From positions 34,224,001 through 34,288,000 of the forward strand of contig OZ360227.1 in assembly GCA_977017645.1 (NCBI GenBank): DNA of 64,000 bases, written 5' to 3'. The notes below the pieces were generated by a model that saw only the letters and a list, made by a program, of their open reading frames with translations, did no database searches and was not told the origin of the DNA. The position numbers and the translations under genes were made by a program. How positions within the stretch are numbered: the stretch's first letter is position 1; each line of letters starts with the position of its first letter. This DNA comes from Torpedo marmorata. Taxonomy: Eukaryota. This document shows, in pieces, positions 60,811 through 64,000 of the stretch.

Positions 60811-61889
60811 TAATGGAGACACGCTGAGTTCCTCCATCAGGCTGCTTTTTGCTCTCGTAGGATAATGCTGTCAACAACTGGACGACTTTGAGAGGAAAAG
60901 GAATGGGTATTTTGAACACTTACACCTCGTGTTGCAGAAGTGAGGGAGAAAATGGATCCTTGACCAGGTTTATCCACCAGTCACCAAGAACCAGGCTGAA
61001 TGGCTAATGTAGGATGTTGAGGTGGTTAGATATCATTTGATGAGATCTGGAAATAGCCTCAGAAATAGCAAGCTAGCAATGGGTGGAGATCTTCTGATTA
61101 AAGTATATTAACCTGAAAGCTTAATTCTTATTCTTTCCCAGTGGATGTCAGATGCATTGCTGAGTTCTTGGAGCATTCTCTGCTTTAACTTCAGATTTTA
61201 GCATCCATAATTGGATTTTGCCTTGATATAATTGTTGGGAATACCAATGTTTTTACTTCAGTTGACACGTTGGAATAGTAGTAGCATATTTCGCCTCACG
61301 AGCCTGCTCCAGCATTCAGCGGGACCATAGCCAATTTATGACCTAATTTCATGTGCCAAGTATTTACCCCCACGCCTTTTCACATACCTCCTGAAATTAA
61401 TCTACTGATATAATGGGCACTTTGACCTTGTGTTCTCTTGTCTTATCCCAAAAAAATTATTGACAACAGAGGAACTAACATAGCTTTGTCCCAAGCCATC
61501 TTCCTCAATTTTTTGCAATAGTTTGAAATTAGCCACCAATACAAACTGTATATGAATGTTCTGGCTAAAATTAACCTTTGGCCTACATTTCAAGAAAAAT
61601 GTAATTGTTTGTGGAAGTATATACAAGTTGCATAACAGATGTATTACTATATTTCAAAAGTATCTAATTTCCAAAAACTGGTTTGGAATGTTCTGAGAGG
61701 CACTATAAAGTTTTTCGATTACCAAGGCTACCTTCATTCATCTCTAGACGAACCATGGATTTCTGTCTTGTTCTTTTGTATATAATTCCAGATTTTGCTT
61801 CACTATTTTACCAGGAGATCTGTCCCAATTTGTTAGAATCATTGAATGATAGATTCATCATCATGAAACATTGTAAGCTTGCATGAAAG

Positions 61890-64000
61890 TAAATAGGAAG
61901 CCAAATGGAACATTGTCTTTAATTGCAAAGAGGATGGAGTACAAAGCTGGGGAACTGTTGTTACAAATGTATGGAGCTTTGGTGAGACCGCAACTGGAAT
62001 ACTGCATGTACCGTAATTTTTCCTCCTTATTTGATATACTGGTGTTAGAAGTAGTGCAGTGAACGTAATGGTTCACTGGGAAGAAGGGTTTGTTTTATGA
62101 GGAAAAATTAAGTAGGATAGACATAACATTCTGCAGTTTAAAAAAATAATAATAATTGATGATCTTGTTGAGACTTGCAAGATTCTGACCAGGGGGATGC
62201 TGTGAGGAGCTTCTCTTGGTAGGAGAGCCTAAAACATGAGACACTGTTTCAGCGTATGAGGGTCTATCACTTAATACTGAGGATCATTTTCCTTCTCTCG
62301 GAGAGTCGTAAATTCTTTATCCTTGAGAGCTCAGGATGCTGAATTATTAGAAGTATTCTGTGCTGAGATCGATGAATATTTGCACCACTGTGAAACCAAA
62401 GGTAATGGGGAGAGGGCAGGAAAATGGAACTGAGGCCAGATCAGTTATGATTGGCAGAGTAGACTCAAGAGGCTAAATGGTCCACTCCTGCCCCTTCTTG
62501 TGTTCCAAATTATGTGCTTTTTTTTGTAAGTGCTATCCAGTTGATGCCACTCCTCTGCTCTTACTTCTGTCCCTTAAAGTATTTAATGATTTTTCTTGAA
62601 TTTTACTCTCCAATTTGCTTCATTCATATTTTGGGCAACATTTTGCAGATCATGGTACTTATTGTGTGAGGAGAAAGCTTCCTTGTGTCACTTTTGCTTT
62701 TTTTTGCCATATACTTCAAATCTGTGTTGTACACAGTCCAATGTGAAAGAAAGTAACAGGTAGATCCATCTGTGAAGTGAATAACATCATTCTTCATTCA
62801 TCATTCTGATTTCTCCTCTTGTTCCCTTTCACTATTTTAAATTTATAGTACTCCAGATGAACTTGCTTGATGCCCCATCTCAGAAATACAGATGGACTCT
62901 GAACAGATAATAGGGAGAGTAAAGTGTAACAAAATATATTTATACATTAACATTAACGATCAGGAAAATGAAACCAAATTATAAATGTTTTAATTAAAAA
63001 GGGACTCCAGAAAGAGAACATTAAAAGCAGTTTACTTCAGTGAACCAAATGTTAACATTGCCTGACTATCTTGGATAATTTGGCAATATTATAGCTGATA
63101 AATAAGGATATAATCTTGCACATGGAGTTTTCCCATATCACTTGTGTAGTTTTGTTTGGATTTTTTTTGAAAATGCTTGTATTTTTTTCATCAAATTTAC
63201 AACCTTTTACATGTGACTTGTTTATTATATGAGTAATATTTTTCTTCACTGCATCACCACAGACGTCTGTAACAAACCCACACACCACTAATGGTCCATT
63301 GACCACAGATTGAGAAATACTACCCCACATTAATATTAGATTAATATTAGGTAAGATTTTTAGCTAACATTATCATCATTCATTAAAATCGATATTTAGC
63401 CTGTAGCAATGAAAATATTTGAATTACTGGAAATATTCAGAACAGCTTTAATCAGCACTTGGAGAGGGGGGAATCAAACAGAGTGGTTTTATTGAGGAGA
63501 AATCTTGACTGAGTAATCTTGATGATTTTTTTTTGAAGAGGACAACTAAGTATTTGAATGGGAGTACTGAATTTGAATATGTCTATGTGGACTCAGTAAG
63601 CCCTTTGACAAGGTCCCACATGGGAAACTGGCCCAAAAGATAAGAGCCCATTGGATGTTGGGCAATTTGTCAATGGGCTGAACATGGCAGGTGGAACTTA
63701 ATCCTGAAAAACGTAAATTAATTAGCTGACTGAAACGCTTGAGCATATGGACATTAAGAAAGCGGATATGTTGGAGAGTTTGAAAAGCATGAAGTTAGAT
63801 AAGTCGACAGAGCCAGACGAGATTTACCCAAGGCTACTGTAGGAAATGAGGGAGGAGATTGCTGAGCCACTGGCGATGATCATTGCATCGTCACTGGGGA
63901 CAGGAGAAGTACTGGAGGATTGGAAATTTGCAAATGTTGTTCAGTCGGTGTGTTGCAAGCAAGACTGTTTAATCGGGTCTCGCAGCCCTGGCTTTTAAAC
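61890..64000 (+). mobile_element. Degraded CR1 LINE fragments (61890-62500 and 63440-63950)
   Basis: TTGGTGAGACCGCAACTGGAATACTG (LVRPQLEY), TTTGACAAGGTCCCACATG (FDKVPH), GATAAGTCG...CCAGACGAGATTTACCCAAGG, and a CR1 tail at about 62400-62500. Confidence 0.65.

Noticed and set aside
60355-60813. 152-aa and 92-aa ORFs in the CpG island as the first coding exon of TRAK2
   Set aside because: No resemblance to TRAK proteins. GC-rich DNA gives long open frames, and the ATG is part of the YY1 motif.

Overview
This is vertebrate genomic DNA, most likely from a cartilaginous fish (shark or ray). That call is inferred from the repeat landscape: abundant CR1-type LINEs, HE1/V-SINE-like tRNA SINEs, Penelope-derived repeats and Rex1/Babar. 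The only clear host gene is a complete STRADB pseudokinase on the minus strand. It has 11 coding exons between 56883 and 23037, all with GT-AG junctions and consistent phases, giving a 1251-nt CDS (416 aa) that ends in the MO25-binding WEF motif. Its probable non-coding first exon lies in a CpG-rich promoter at about 60.2-60.8 kb that looks bidirectional (TRAK2 is head-to-head with STRADB in mammals). Most of the rest is transposable elements: a near-intact 5.85-kb L1 with a 16-bp TSD, two full-length but degenerate CsRn1/Kabuki-type Gypsy elements, two solo LTRs, a nested stack of Penelope, HERO-like, Rex1/Babar and CR1 LINEs (9.5-22.4 kb), hAT and Tc1/pogo MITEs, and a 41-bp minisatellite. 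The most unusual observations are a cluster of CpG-promoter motifs inside the L1 ORF1 coding sequence, a structured L1 inter-ORF spacer with a bridging ORF, a Penelope hammerhead core, and an in-frame CR1-L1 chimeric ORF. Repeat boundaries without a TSD are approximate, and family names come from recalled motifs, not database searches.
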